A stretch of DNA of 64,000 bases from Hyphomicrobiales bacterium (GTDB lineage Bacteria; Pseudomonadota; Alphaproteobacteria; Rhizobiales; Beijerinckiaceae), in contig JANMMT010000216.1 in the NCBI GenBank assembly GCA_031373545.1, forward strand, positions 1,978 through 65,977, read 5' to 3'. This document shows positions 29,688 through 38,125 of the stretch, one piece after another (position 1 is the stretch's first letter; the number at the start of each line of letters is the position of its first letter). Below the pieces are notes generated by a model, which saw nothing but the letters and a program-made list of their open reading frames with translations, made no database searches and was not told the DNA's origin. The translations under genes and the position numbers were made by a program.

Positions 29688-29722
29688 AAAAGGAAAGGCC
29701 GCTAGATTGCTCCGGCGGCCTT
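29688..29722 (-). terminator. Rho-independent terminator of the TerC-family gene
   Basis: Minus strand: AAGGCCGC (29722-29715), 12-nt loop, GCGGCCTT (29702-29695), then TCCTTTT (29694-29688). The 8-bp stem is perfect and lies 20 nt after the TerC stop. Confidence 0.6.
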
Positions 29723-29741
29723 GGTGTTGTGGTCGATCGTC

Positions 29742-30749
29742 TCAGCTCGGCTTGTGAGCGGTCTCGCCGCGCGTCTTCCACATGGAATAAATAATGCCAC
29801 CCGCGATCAGGGTCACGGTCACGCCCAGCGAGATGGCCGGGTTGAGCTTGCCGACGATCTCGTTCCAGAAGATTTTCAGACCGATGAAAATCAGCACGGC
29901 GGCCAGCGCATACTTCAGGTAGTGGAAGCGGTGCACCATGGCCGCCAGCGCGAAATAAAGCGCCCGCAGGCCGAGGATCGCCATGATGTTCGCGGTGTAG
30001 ACGATGAAGGTGTCCGTCGTGATGGCGAAGATCGCCGGCACGCTGTCCACAGCGAAGATGATGTCCGCCACGTTGATGACCGCGAGGGCCAGAAACAGCG
30101 GCGTCGCCCAGAGCACCAGTTTGCCCGTGACCGGATCAGGCTTGCGCACGAAGAACTTCTGATCGTGCAGCTCATCGGTCACGCGCATGTGCTTCTTGAA
30201 GAAACGCACCACCGGGTTCTTGGAAATGTCCGGATCGCTGTCAGGCACCATCAGCATCTTGATGCCGGTGGCGATGAGGAAGGCGCCGAAGATGTAGAGA
30301 ATCCAGCTGTAGCGCTCGACGAGTTCCGCGCCGATGGCGATCATCAATCCGCGCAGCACGATGACCGCGATGATGCCCCAGACCAGCGCGCGGTATTGAT
30401 ATTTGCGCGGGATGGCGAAGAAGCCGAAAATGAGCGAAATCACGAAGACATTGTCGATGGACAGGGCTTTCTCGATGAAGAAGCCCGTGAAAAAGGCGAT
30501 GCCGGCGTGCACGCCATCAGAGGTTTTGAGTGCCCCGGTGCTGTAGGCCCACCAGACAGCTGCACCGTAAGCGCAGGAAAACGCGAAGTAGAAGGCCGAG
30601 AGCCACAGACTTTCGGAGATGCCCATCTCCTTGTCATCCTTGTGCCAGATTCCAAGGTCGAACGCGAGCAGGGCGACGACGATCGACATGAAGCCGAGCC
30701 ACATCCAGACCGGTTTATCGAGCCATTCGGTGAGCAGAAATTGTGTCAT
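29742..30749 (-). CDS. TerC-family integral membrane protein (Alx-like)
   Basis: MTQFLLTEWLDKPVWMWLGFMSIVVALLAFDLG...IEKALSIDNVFV...FAVDSVPAIFAIT shows the duplicated TerC motif. ATG 30749 is preceded by GGGGA. Confidence 0.88.
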   Translation of the reverse strand: MTQFLLTEWLDKPVWMWLGFMSIVVALLAFDLGIWHKDDKEMGISESLWLSAFYFAFSCAYGAAVWWAYSTGALKTSDGVHAGIAFFTGFFIEKALSIDNVFVISLIFGFFAIPRKYQYRALVWGIIAVIVLRGLMIAIGAELVERYSWILYIFGAFLIATGIKMLMVPDSDPDISKNPVVRFFKKHMRVTDELHDQKFFVRKPDPVTGKLVLWATPLFLALAVINVADIIFAVDSVPAIFAITTDTFIVYTANIMAILGLRALYFALAAMVHRFHYLKYALAAVLIFIGLKIFWNEIVGKLNPAISLGVTVTLIAGGIIYSMWKTRGETAHKPS

Positions 30750-31098
30750 GAAAGTTCCCCAATGCAATTGGCCAGGAACACATGACGCGCTGAGAATGAA
30801 CGCGTGAACCGGGCCAGATGAAAATCATATCCGCCGACATCGCATGCACGACGTGCATGCCAGAGGGGCCCGGCCAGATAGTTGCTAGATACGGCAAACT
30901 TCGCATGCGTCAAGGGGCGAGACGCGGCTTTGCGCACATTGGGGAAAAGGGCGACCAAGCGGGTGCCGGGCGGTTGAGCACTTTGCGGGTGATCGGCCTT
31001 TCGCAAATAATCGGGAAGTTTGCGGCATGCGGCTTGCAAGGGACTTGCTGCGCCTATAGCAAAAAATCACTGATGGATTTCATGAGGAGAAACAGGAC

Positions 31099-32154
31099 AT
31101 GACACGCTTCACCCGCCGCGCGATTTTGGCCACCGCCGCAGCTCTCTTGAGTGGTCCGATACTGGTGTCGGCTCCCTTCCTGGCGGCTCCTGCGATCGCG
31201 CAGGCGCCCACGAAGGTGCGCATGACCCTTGACTGGCGTTTCGAAGGCCCGGCTGCCCTGTTCGTCAACGCGATCGACAAGGGTCTGTTCGCAGCCGAGG
31301 GCCTCGATGTCACGGTCGATACGGGCAACGGATCACGCGAAGCGATCCCCCGCGTGGCCTCCAACACCTATGATATCAGCTTCGGCGATGTGAATTCGCT
31401 CATCCGCTTTCGCGACGAAAATCCGACGGTGGATGTCAAGGCCGTAATGATGATCTATGACCGGCCACCGTTCTCGATCGTCGGGCGCAAGTCCCGCGGT
31501 GTAACCACCGACGTCAAGAGTCTTGAGGGCAAGAAGTTCGGGGCTCCGGTCGCGGATGCGGCCTACGCCCAATGGCCGATCTTCAAATCCGTGAACAAGC
31601 TCGACGACAGTGCCATGAAATTCGAGAATGTCGGCTTTCCCGTCCGTGAGCCGATGCTCGCCTCGGGCGAGGTCGACGCCGTGTTCGGATTTTCCAACTC
31701 GTCCTTCATCAACATCAAGGCGCGCGGCGTGCCTGCCGATGATATCACGTTGATGATGATGAGCGATTACGGTGTGCAGCTCTACGGCAACGTCATCATG
31801 GTATCGCCCCGGATGATGTCGGAAAATCCCGAGGCGGTGCGCAAATTCCTGCGGGCGCTGACCCGCAGCATCAAGGACGTGGTGAAGAATCCCGATGGTG
31901 CCATCGACAGCGTGATCCGGCGCAACGACGTCGCCAAGCGCGATGTGGAGCTGGAACGCCTCAAGATGACGCTCGACATGAACGTGGCGACGCCCTGGGC
32001 CAAGGCCAACGGGATCGGCGGCATCGATGCGGCGCGCTGGAATACGGCGCTTGACCAGATCGGCCTCACCTTCGCCTTCAAGGACAAGGCGAAATCCGGC
32101 GCGGCTTTCGTCAGCGATTTCCTGCCATCCGCCGCCGACCGCAAGCTGGATTGA
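31099..32154 (+). CDS. ABC transporter substrate-binding protein (NMT1/THI5-like, NitT/TauT family)
   Basis: Tat-like signal MTRFTRRAILATAAALL...AIAQA and a periplasmic binding fold. Followed by its cognate ATPase and permease. GAGGAG lies 9 nt upstream of the ATG. Confidence 0.85.
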   Translation: MTRFTRRAILATAAALLSGPILVSAPFLAAPAIAQAPTKVRMTLDWRFEGPAALFVNAIDKGLFAAEGLDVTVDTGNGSREAIPRVASNTYDISFGDVNSLIRFRDENPTVDVKAVMMIYDRPPFSIVGRKSRGVTTDVKSLEGKKFGAPVADAAYAQWPIFKSVNKLDDSAMKFENVGFPVREPMLASGEVDAVFGFSNSSFINIKARGVPADDITLMMMSDYGVQLYGNVIMVSPRMMSENPEAVRKFLRALTRSIKDVVKNPDGAIDSVIRRNDVAKRDVELERLKMTLDMNVATPWAKANGIGGIDAARWNTALDQIGLTFAFKDKAKSGAAFVSDFLPSAADRKLD

Positions 32155-32214
32155 GTTTGCTTTCTTGCTCTTCTCCCCTTGCAGGAGAAGGGGGGGAAGG
32201 GGGAGAACAATCGA

Positions 32215-33009
32215 ATGTCCTTCATCGCGCTGACAGATGTGACCCACACCTACGGAGGGCAGGCCGGGGCCTCGGCGACTCTGGCGGTCGAAGGCTTGAG
32301 CATCAAGGTCAACGAGGGCGAGTTCTCCGCCGTCGTTGGCCCCTCTGGCTGTGGCAAATCCACGCTGATGAAGTTGGCGACAGGCCTGCAGTTTCCGCAG
32401 AAGGGCACGATCGTCGTGGATGGCGGCCATGTCGACCGCCCGGTCAAGATCGCCGGCATGGCGTTCCAGAATCCGGTGATGCTGCCGTGGCGCACCGTGC
32501 TCGACAACATCATGCTGCCGCTCGAAATCGTGCAGCCGCATCGCTCGCAGTTGCGGGCCAAAAAGGCCGAGTATATCGCGAAGGCGCAGGATCTGCTCGC
32601 GACGGTCGGGCTCAAAGGTCTGGGCGACAAATTCCCGTGGCAATTGTCCGGCGGCATGCAGCAGCGCGCCTCGCTCTGCCGGTCTCTGATCCATGACCCC
32701 AAACTCCTCATGCTGGACGAGCCGTTCGGCGCGCTCGACGCCTTCACCCGCGAGGAGCTGTGGTGCGTCATTCGCGATCTGCATGCGCTGAAGAAATTCA
32801 CGGTCGTGCTGGTGACGCATGATCTGCGTGAGGCGGTTTTTCTCTCCGACCGTGTGTTCTGCATGAGCGCGCGGCCGGGCAAGGTGATCGCCGAACGGGA
32901 GATCAACCTGCCCCGCCCGCGCGACCTTGAAGTGACGTACACGCCCCCCTTTGCCGACATCGTGCATGAGCTGCGCGGATTGATCAAAGGCGCGAGGACA
33001 GCGACATGA
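32215..33009 (+). CDS. ABC transporter ATP-binding protein (NitT/TauT family)
   Basis: Walker A GPSGCGKST, signature LSGGMQQR, Walker B LLMLDEPF. ATG 32215 is preferred over the track start at 32179. Confidence 0.92.
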   Translation: MSFIALTDVTHTYGGQAGASATLAVEGLSIKVNEGEFSAVVGPSGCGKSTLMKLATGLQFPQKGTIVVDGGHVDRPVKIAGMAFQNPVMLPWRTVLDNIMLPLEIVQPHRSQLRAKKAEYIAKAQDLLATVGLKGLGDKFPWQLSGGMQQRASLCRSLIHDPKLLMLDEPFGALDAFTREELWCVIRDLHALKKFTVVLVTHDLREAVFLSDRVFCMSARPGKVIAEREINLPRPRDLEVTYTPPFADIVHELRGLIKGARTAT

Positions 33010-33773
33010 CCAAGCCTCTTTCGCAAAAACTTGCGCCACTGCTGTTCACGGTGGGCTTCTTCGTGATTTGGGAAGTCGCATGCCGGGTCCTGAAGGTGTC
33101 CAGCTTTCTTGTGCCCACGCCCACGGCAGTGTTCGGTGCCATGGTGCAATACCAGTGGCCGCTGCTGCGCGGCGCTGGACACACGCTGTGGATGACCCTG
33201 CTCGGCTTTGGGCTGTCCATCGTCTTCAGCGTGCTTGTGGGGCTGATCATCGGCTCCTCCCGCTTTCTCTATGCCGGGCTCAATCCGCTGCTGGTGGGTT
33301 TCAACTCCATTCCGAAGGTGGCGGTGGTGCCGCTGCTGGTGATCTGGTTCGGCGTCGGCTGGCTGCCACCGGTCATCACGGCGTTTGTCATTTCGTTCTT
33401 TCCCATCGTGGTGAATGTCGCCACGGGCTTGGCCACCATCGAGCCCGAAACCGAGGACGTGATGAAGGCGCTTGGCGCGTCGCGTTTCGACATCATGTGG
33501 AAGGTCGGCATACCGCGCTCGCTGCCCTATTTTTTTGGCTCGCTCAAAGTGGCCGTGACACTGGCTTACGTCGGCTGCGTGATCGGCGAGCAGATCGGCT
33601 CCAACTATGGCCTCGGCAATCTGATCAGCCGTGCTGCGCCCGATTTTAACACGCCGCTGCTGTTTGCAGCCCTGCTGGTGCTGGCGGTGTTGGGCGTGGC
33701 ATTGGTGGTTATTGTCGATATCATCGAAAATCGCACGACGGGTTGGGCCAAGCGCAGCGGATTTGGCGCCTAG
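33006..33773 (+). CDS. ABC transporter permease (NitT/TauT family)
   Basis: Overlaps the ATPase stop (ATGA). Six-helix binding-protein-dependent permease carrying an EAA-like loop (EDVMKALGASRFDIMWKVGIP). Confidence 0.9.
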   Translation: MTKPLSQKLAPLLFTVGFFVIWEVACRVLKVSSFLVPTPTAVFGAMVQYQWPLLRGAGHTLWMTLLGFGLSIVFSVLVGLIIGSSRFLYAGLNPLLVGFNSIPKVAVVPLLVIWFGVGWLPPVITAFVISFFPIVVNVATGLATIEPETEDVMKALGASRFDIMWKVGIPRSLPYFFGSLKVAVTLAYVGCVIGEQIGSNYGLGNLISRAAPDFNTPLLFAALLVLAVLGVALVVIVDIIENRTTGWAKRSGFGA

Positions 33774-33865
33774 GTGACACTCTGCGGCACTGTTTGGCCT
33801 TGCGGACCGGCTCTGTGACCCCGTATCTCTGACAGACACGAGCCAGAGAGGGCCAGACCACCCCG

Positions 33866-36067
33866 ATGATGCGTCAGTATGAATTGGTCGAGCGGGTCAA
33901 GAGTTACAACCCGCGCGCCGACGAGGCGCTTCTGAACCGCGCCTATGTCTACGCCATGAAGGCTCATGGCACGCAAAAGCGCGCTTCTGGCGATCCTTAC
34001 ATTGCGCATCCGCTGGAAGTTGCGGCCATTCTAACAGAGATGAAGCTGGATGACGCGACCATCGTCGCAGCTGTGCTTCATGATACCATTGAGGACACCG
34101 AGGCGACGCGCGAGGAGATCGACAGGCTGTTCGGCGAGGAAATCGGCGCGCTTGTCGATGGGCTGACCAAGATCAAAAAGCTCGACCTTGTCTCGAAGAA
34201 AGCCGCGCAGGCGGAAAATCTCCGCAAGCTGCTCATCGCGATTTCGGCGGACGTGCGCGTGCTGCTCGTCAAGCTGGCGGACCGCCTGCACAACATGCGC
34301 ACGCTGCATTACGTGCCGCCGGCCAAGCGCCTGCGCATTGCGGAGGAAACACTCGACATCTATGCGCCGCTCGCGGGCCGCATGGGCATGCAGGAGGTGC
34401 GCCACGAGTTGGAAAACCTGGCATTCAGCCATTTCAACCCCGAGGGTTTTGCGCTGGTGAGCGCTCGTCTTCAAGAGCTGGCGGAAAAGAACAAGGGTCT
34501 GATTGCGCGCATCGAGCAGGAGTTGGATGCGAAATTGCAAGCGCAGGGGATCAAGGGCGAGGTCGAGGGACGCCAGAAATCGCCCTACTCGATCTGGAAG
34601 AAGATGGAGCGCAAGGCCATCGCCTTCGAGCAGCTGTCGGACCTTTTCGGCTTCCGCCTGATGGTCAACACGGTGGTGGATTGCTACCGCGCGCTGGGCC
34701 TCGTGCATGTGAACTGGCCGATGGTGCCGGGGCGTTTCAAGGATTACATTTCGACGCCCAAGAGCAACGATTACCGCTCGCTCCACACCACCGTGATCGG
34801 CCCCGGCAGCCAGCGCGTCGAATTGCAGATCCGCACCTACGAGATGCACCAGATCGCGGAGTATGGCATCGCGGCGCATGCGGTCTACAAGGATGGGGTC
34901 GAGTTCCGGCCCGAGGGCGGGTTGTCCGATTCCAACGCCTACCGCTGGTTGCGGCGCACCATCGATGCGCTGGCGGAAGGCGACAGTCCGGAGGAATTTC
35001 TCGAACACACCAAGCTGGAGTTGTTCCACGACCAGGTTTTTTGCTTCACGCCCAAGGGCGCATTGATCGCGTTGCCGCGCGGCGCGACGCCCATCGACTT
35101 TGCCTTTGCGGTGCACAGCGCGGTCGGCAACGAAGCGGTGGGCTGCCGCATCAACGGGCGCGTGGGTCCGCTGCTGTCGGAGTTGCAGAACGGCGACGAG
35201 GTCGAGATCATCCGCGCGGCGGGTCACACGCCGCCCGCAGCCTGGGAAAAGGCCGTGGTCACAGGCAAGGCGCGCGCCAGCATCCGCCGTGCCACGCGCG
35301 ATGCCGTGAAAGCGCAGTATGTGGGTCTGGGCCGCCAGATCGTGGAACGCGCCTTCGCGCGCATCGGCAAGACCTATTCGGAAGTGAAGCTGAAAGCCGC
35401 GCTTTCCCGCCTCGCGCGCACCAGCGTTGACGACGTGCTCTCCGCTGTCGGCCGGGGCGAAATGATGTCGCCCGATGTGGTGCGGGCGGTGTTCCCCGAT
35501 TTCAAGGAGCAGCCCGTGGCCGGGCCGGAGACCGATGGCAAGGGCGGTTGGTTCGGGCTGGAAAAAGGCGAAAACCTCAAGTTCAAGGTGCCGGGCGACA
35601 ATGCGGACGAGACAACATCCATCCCCATTCGGGGCTTGCAGGGCAATCTACCCGTCAAGTTCGCCGAGAACGGCGGCGCGGTTCCCGGCGACCGGATCGT
35701 CGGCATCCTGTCGCCGGGTGTCGGCATCACGATCTATCCGATCCAATCGCCAGCCCTGGCGGATTTTGACGATCAGCCCGATCGCTGGCTCGATGTGCGT
35801 TGGGACATCGATGCGCACAACCGCGCGCGTTTCCCCGCGCAGCTTCTTGTTTCAGTCATCAACGAGCCTGGTGCGCTTGCAGATATCGCCCGCGTCATCG
35901 GCGACAGCGACGCCAACATCGACAACATCACCATGCAGGCAAGGTCGCCGGAATTTCGGGAGATCCTGCTCGACGTTGAGGTCTGGGATTTGAAACAACT
36001 CAATGCCGTGGTCGCAGAATTGAAGGCGAAACCGGGAATCTCCCGTGTGCAGCGTGTGAACGGCTGA
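33866..36067 (+). CDS. spoT: Bifunctional (p)ppGpp synthetase/hydrolase (RelA/SpoT homologue)
   Basis: MMRQYELVERVKSYNP...HGTQKRASGDPYIAHPLEVA...HDTIEDT forms the HD hydrolase. The synthetase core includes YRSLHTTV. TGS and C-terminal ACT regions are present. Confidence 0.95.
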   Translation: MMRQYELVERVKSYNPRADEALLNRAYVYAMKAHGTQKRASGDPYIAHPLEVAAILTEMKLDDATIVAAVLHDTIEDTEATREEIDRLFGEEIGALVDGLTKIKKLDLVSKKAAQAENLRKLLIAISADVRVLLVKLADRLHNMRTLHYVPPAKRLRIAEETLDIYAPLAGRMGMQEVRHELENLAFSHFNPEGFALVSARLQELAEKNKGLIARIEQELDAKLQAQGIKGEVEGRQKSPYSIWKKMERKAIAFEQLSDLFGFRLMVNTVVDCYRALGLVHVNWPMVPGRFKDYISTPKSNDYRSLHTTVIGPGSQRVELQIRTYEMHQIAEYGIAAHAVYKDGVEFRPEGGLSDSNAYRWLRRTIDALAEGDSPEEFLEHTKLELFHDQVFCFTPKGALIALPRGATPIDFAFAVHSAVGNEAVGCRINGRVGPLLSELQNGDEVEIIRAAGHTPPAAWEKAVVTGKARASIRRATRDAVKAQYVGLGRQIVERAFARIGKTYSEVKLKAALSRLARTSVDDVLSAVGRGEMMSPDVVRAVFPDFKEQPVAGPETDGKGGWFGLEKGENLKFKVPGDNADETTSIPIRGLQGNLPVKFAENGGAVPGDRIVGILSPGVGITIYPIQSPALADFDDQPDRWLDVRWDIDAHNRARFPAQLLVSVINEPGALADIARVIGDSDANIDNITMQARSPEFREILLDVEVWDLKQLNAVVAELKAKPGISRVQRVNG

Positions 36068-36073
36068 GAGCGC

Positions 36074-36103
36074 CCGCCGCTCGGTTCTGTGCCCGGCGGT
36101 TTT
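36074..36103 (+). terminator. Possible weak terminator after spoT
   Basis: CCGCCG (36074-36079) pairs with CGGCGG (36094-36099) across a 14-nt loop, followed by TTTT (36100-36103). Confidence 0.3.
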
Positions 36104-36273
36104 GACTGCTGATTCCGGGATGAAACTGTTTTGGTGCATGAATCTCCTTGGCGGTATGGTCGATCCTGTGATTAACGTTTTGTTAGGGCAGGTGCTTGCG
36201 CAAGCAGGGCAATGACGGCGTTTATGCAAACACCCAACCCGTGTCTTTCCTTTACAGGCCGTTTGGGGGCTTC

Positions 36274-38112
36274 ATGATGTGTCAACCGAAAAAATGGTGG
36301 TGGGGTCTGCCGATCCTCGCCTTGCTCTGGTTTCTCGCGGGGCAATTTCGCAATGATCCGATCCAGACGGATCTCGTGGTCAGAGGCAGCACGTCTCTGG
36401 CATCAGCCGGCTACCCATGGGCAAAGGTGACGATCGAGGGCCGCGATGCAACGCTGACCGGCGTTTCGCCGACGCCCGAGGCGCGCACGGCCGCTGCCGA
36501 TTCAGCATTCAAGACATTCGGCATTCGCCTCGTGAATGACGGCTCGACCGTGATGGCGGAGGCCAAGCCGTGGCTGTGGTCGGCCACGCGAGAAGCCGGC
36601 AAGATCACGCTGGGCGGATTTGTGGCCGATGAAGCGGCACGCACCAAGCTGATTGCCGACACGCGCGCGGCTGTGCCCGGCGCCGAAATCATCGATCAGA
36701 TGAAGCTCGCCCGCGGTGTTACGCCGACATTCAGCGCTGCCTCGGCTTACACGCTTGCGCAACTCGCACGCCTGCCCGACGGCAAGGCCACTTTGTCGGA
36801 TGCGACCCTCACGATCACCGGCAGCGCACCTTCGCTGGATATCTACCGTGCGGCAACGGCGGCTGGCCTGCCCCAGGGCCTCGCGGGCTCGGTGCAAATT
36901 GGTCTTCCGGTGGTGCGCCCCTACCTCTGGCAGGCGCAGAAGGAGGGCGCGACCATCACGCTGACCGGTCTTGTGCCATCAGCAGATGTCAAAGCCAGAC
37001 TTGCAGAGGGCGCACGCGCCGCTGCCCCAAACGCCACCGTGGTGGATCGCCTGCAGCTTGCGGGCGGCGCACCCAGCGGGCTTGATGGCATGGCAGCTGC
37101 CGCATTCGGTCACCTCGCGCGTCTCACCTCGGGCATCGCGAGCCTGACGGACGCCGCGTACACCATCAACGGTGTTGCGGGAACGGCCGACAATTTTGCG
37201 GCTGTGACACAGGCCGTCCGTGCCTTGCCGCCGGGTTTCAGCCTCGCGCGCTCGGACATCAGCGCACCGACGATCAACCCTTACACTTGGTCCGCAACGC
37301 GCAATGGCCCCGCCATCACGCTTTCGGGATATGTGCCGACGGCAGCCGTTCGTGAGGCCAATGTGGCCGCCGCGCGCACGGCGGTGCCCAATGCCATGAT
37401 CACCGATCAGCAGTCCCTCGGCGCGGGCGCACCCAATGGCTTCCAGGCCATGACGGCCTACGCCCTGGGCCAGCTCGGCCAGCTGACCAACGGCGTTGCG
37501 AGCCTTTCCAACACGCTCTTCACAATCACCGGTGCCGCTCCTTCCCCCGCCACGCGCGATCAAATGATGGGCACGGCTTCCGCTCTGCCCACCGGCTTTG
37601 CCTTGGCGCGGCGGGAGATCACGGCCCCCGCTGTGATACCGACGGCACCGCCCCCGCCTGCGCCGGCCGAAGTGACGCTGGCGGCCCCGGCCCTGCCGCC
37701 GTTGCCGGTCGTGCCTGTGCCGCTTCTGGCTCCGGCACCTGTTGTGGTGACGCGTGATGACTGCCAGGCGCGCTTCAATGCGCTGCTTGCGGAATCGATC
37801 CTCTTCGCGACCAACAGCGACGAGATTCAGCCCGTGTCGTACCTTTTGCTCGGCCGCCTCGGCACCGTGGCCAAAGCTTGCCCCGGCAAGGAAATCGAAA
37901 TCGGGGCACACACTGATACGGACGGCTCTCCAGCCTACAACATCGACCTTTCGCAGCGCCGGGCAGCCAGCGTGCGCGAGTTCCTGATTCGCGATGGTGT
38001 TGCTGCGGCATCACTCAAGTCCGTCGGTTATGGCGAAGTGAAGCCGATCGCACCCAATGACTCAGCAGCCAACAAGGCGAAGAACCGCCGCGTTGAATTC
38101 ACCGTGAAGTGA
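36274..38112 (+). CDS. Membrane-anchored OmpA_C-domain protein with BON-like repeat modules
   Basis: TM anchor (WWWGLPILALLWFLAG) and a BON-like segment. Then three ~120-aa modules, a Pro-rich spacer (PTAPPPPAPA...PLPVVPVP), and an OmpA_C domain (FATNSDEI...IGAHTDTDGSPAYNIDLSQRRAASV...GYGEVKPIAPN...NRRVEFTV). Confidence 0.85.
   Translation: MMCQPKKWWWGLPILALLWFLAGQFRNDPIQTDLVVRGSTSLASAGYPWAKVTIEGRDATLTGVSPTPEARTAAADSAFKTFGIRLVNDGSTVMAEAKPWLWSATREAGKITLGGFVADEAARTKLIADTRAAVPGAEIIDQMKLARGVTPTFSAASAYTLAQLARLPDGKATLSDATLTITGSAPSLDIYRAATAAGLPQGLAGSVQIGLPVVRPYLWQAQKEGATITLTGLVPSADVKARLAEGARAAAPNATVVDRLQLAGGAPSGLDGMAAAAFGHLARLTSGIASLTDAAYTINGVAGTADNFAAVTQAVRALPPGFSLARSDISAPTINPYTWSATRNGPAITLSGYVPTAAVREANVAAARTAVPNAMITDQQSLGAGAPNGFQAMTAYALGQLGQLTNGVASLSNTLFTITGAAPSPATRDQMMGTASALPTGFALARREITAPAVIPTAPPPPAPAEVTLAAPALPPLPVVPVPLLAPAPVVVTRDDCQARFNALLAESILFATNSDEIQPVSYLLLGRLGTVAKACPGKEIEIGAHTDTDGSPAYNIDLSQRRAASVREFLIRDGVAAASLKSVGYGEVKPIAPNDSAANKAKNRRVEFTVK
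36565..37635 (+). repeat. Three tandem ~120-aa protein-level modules inside the OmpA_C protein
   Basis: Module boundaries from my own alignment: 36565-36915, 36916-37275, 37276-37635. Each opens with [KRN]P[WY]xW[SQ]A..G..ITL.G.VP. Each also contains GAP..[GM].AA/A.A.G.LA.L..G.ASL.D...TI.G.A and LP.GF.LA. Confidence 0.75.
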
Positions 38113-38125
38113 GAGGAATCGATCC

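Noticed and set aside
30750-31098. yybP-ykoY (Mn) riboswitch for the TerC-family gene, or TPP riboswitch for the NMT1/THI5-like binding protein
   Set aside because: The minus-strand leader lacks the GGGGAGUAG and GAGACC blocks. On the plus strand a CTGAGA plus GAACC stretch near 30790-30835 only superficially resembles a THI box. It lacks the CUGAUCUGGAUAAUGCCAGCG core and lies about 260 nt from the ATG, right at the TerC start.
32171-32205. C-rich/G-rich stem (CCCCTT / AAGGGG) between the SBP and ATPase genes as a terminator
   Set aside because: The stem is only about 6 bp with no U tract, and it overlaps the RBS region of the ATPase gene. At most it is an intercistronic stabiliser, so it is not reported as a feature.
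31333-33839. Two long minus-strand ORFs (568 aa and 529 aa) spanning the NitT/TauT ABC importer genes
   Set aside because: The plus strand encodes a coherent SBP-ATPase-permease operon with canonical motifs and overlapping stop/start codons. The minus-strand frames are compositional artefacts.
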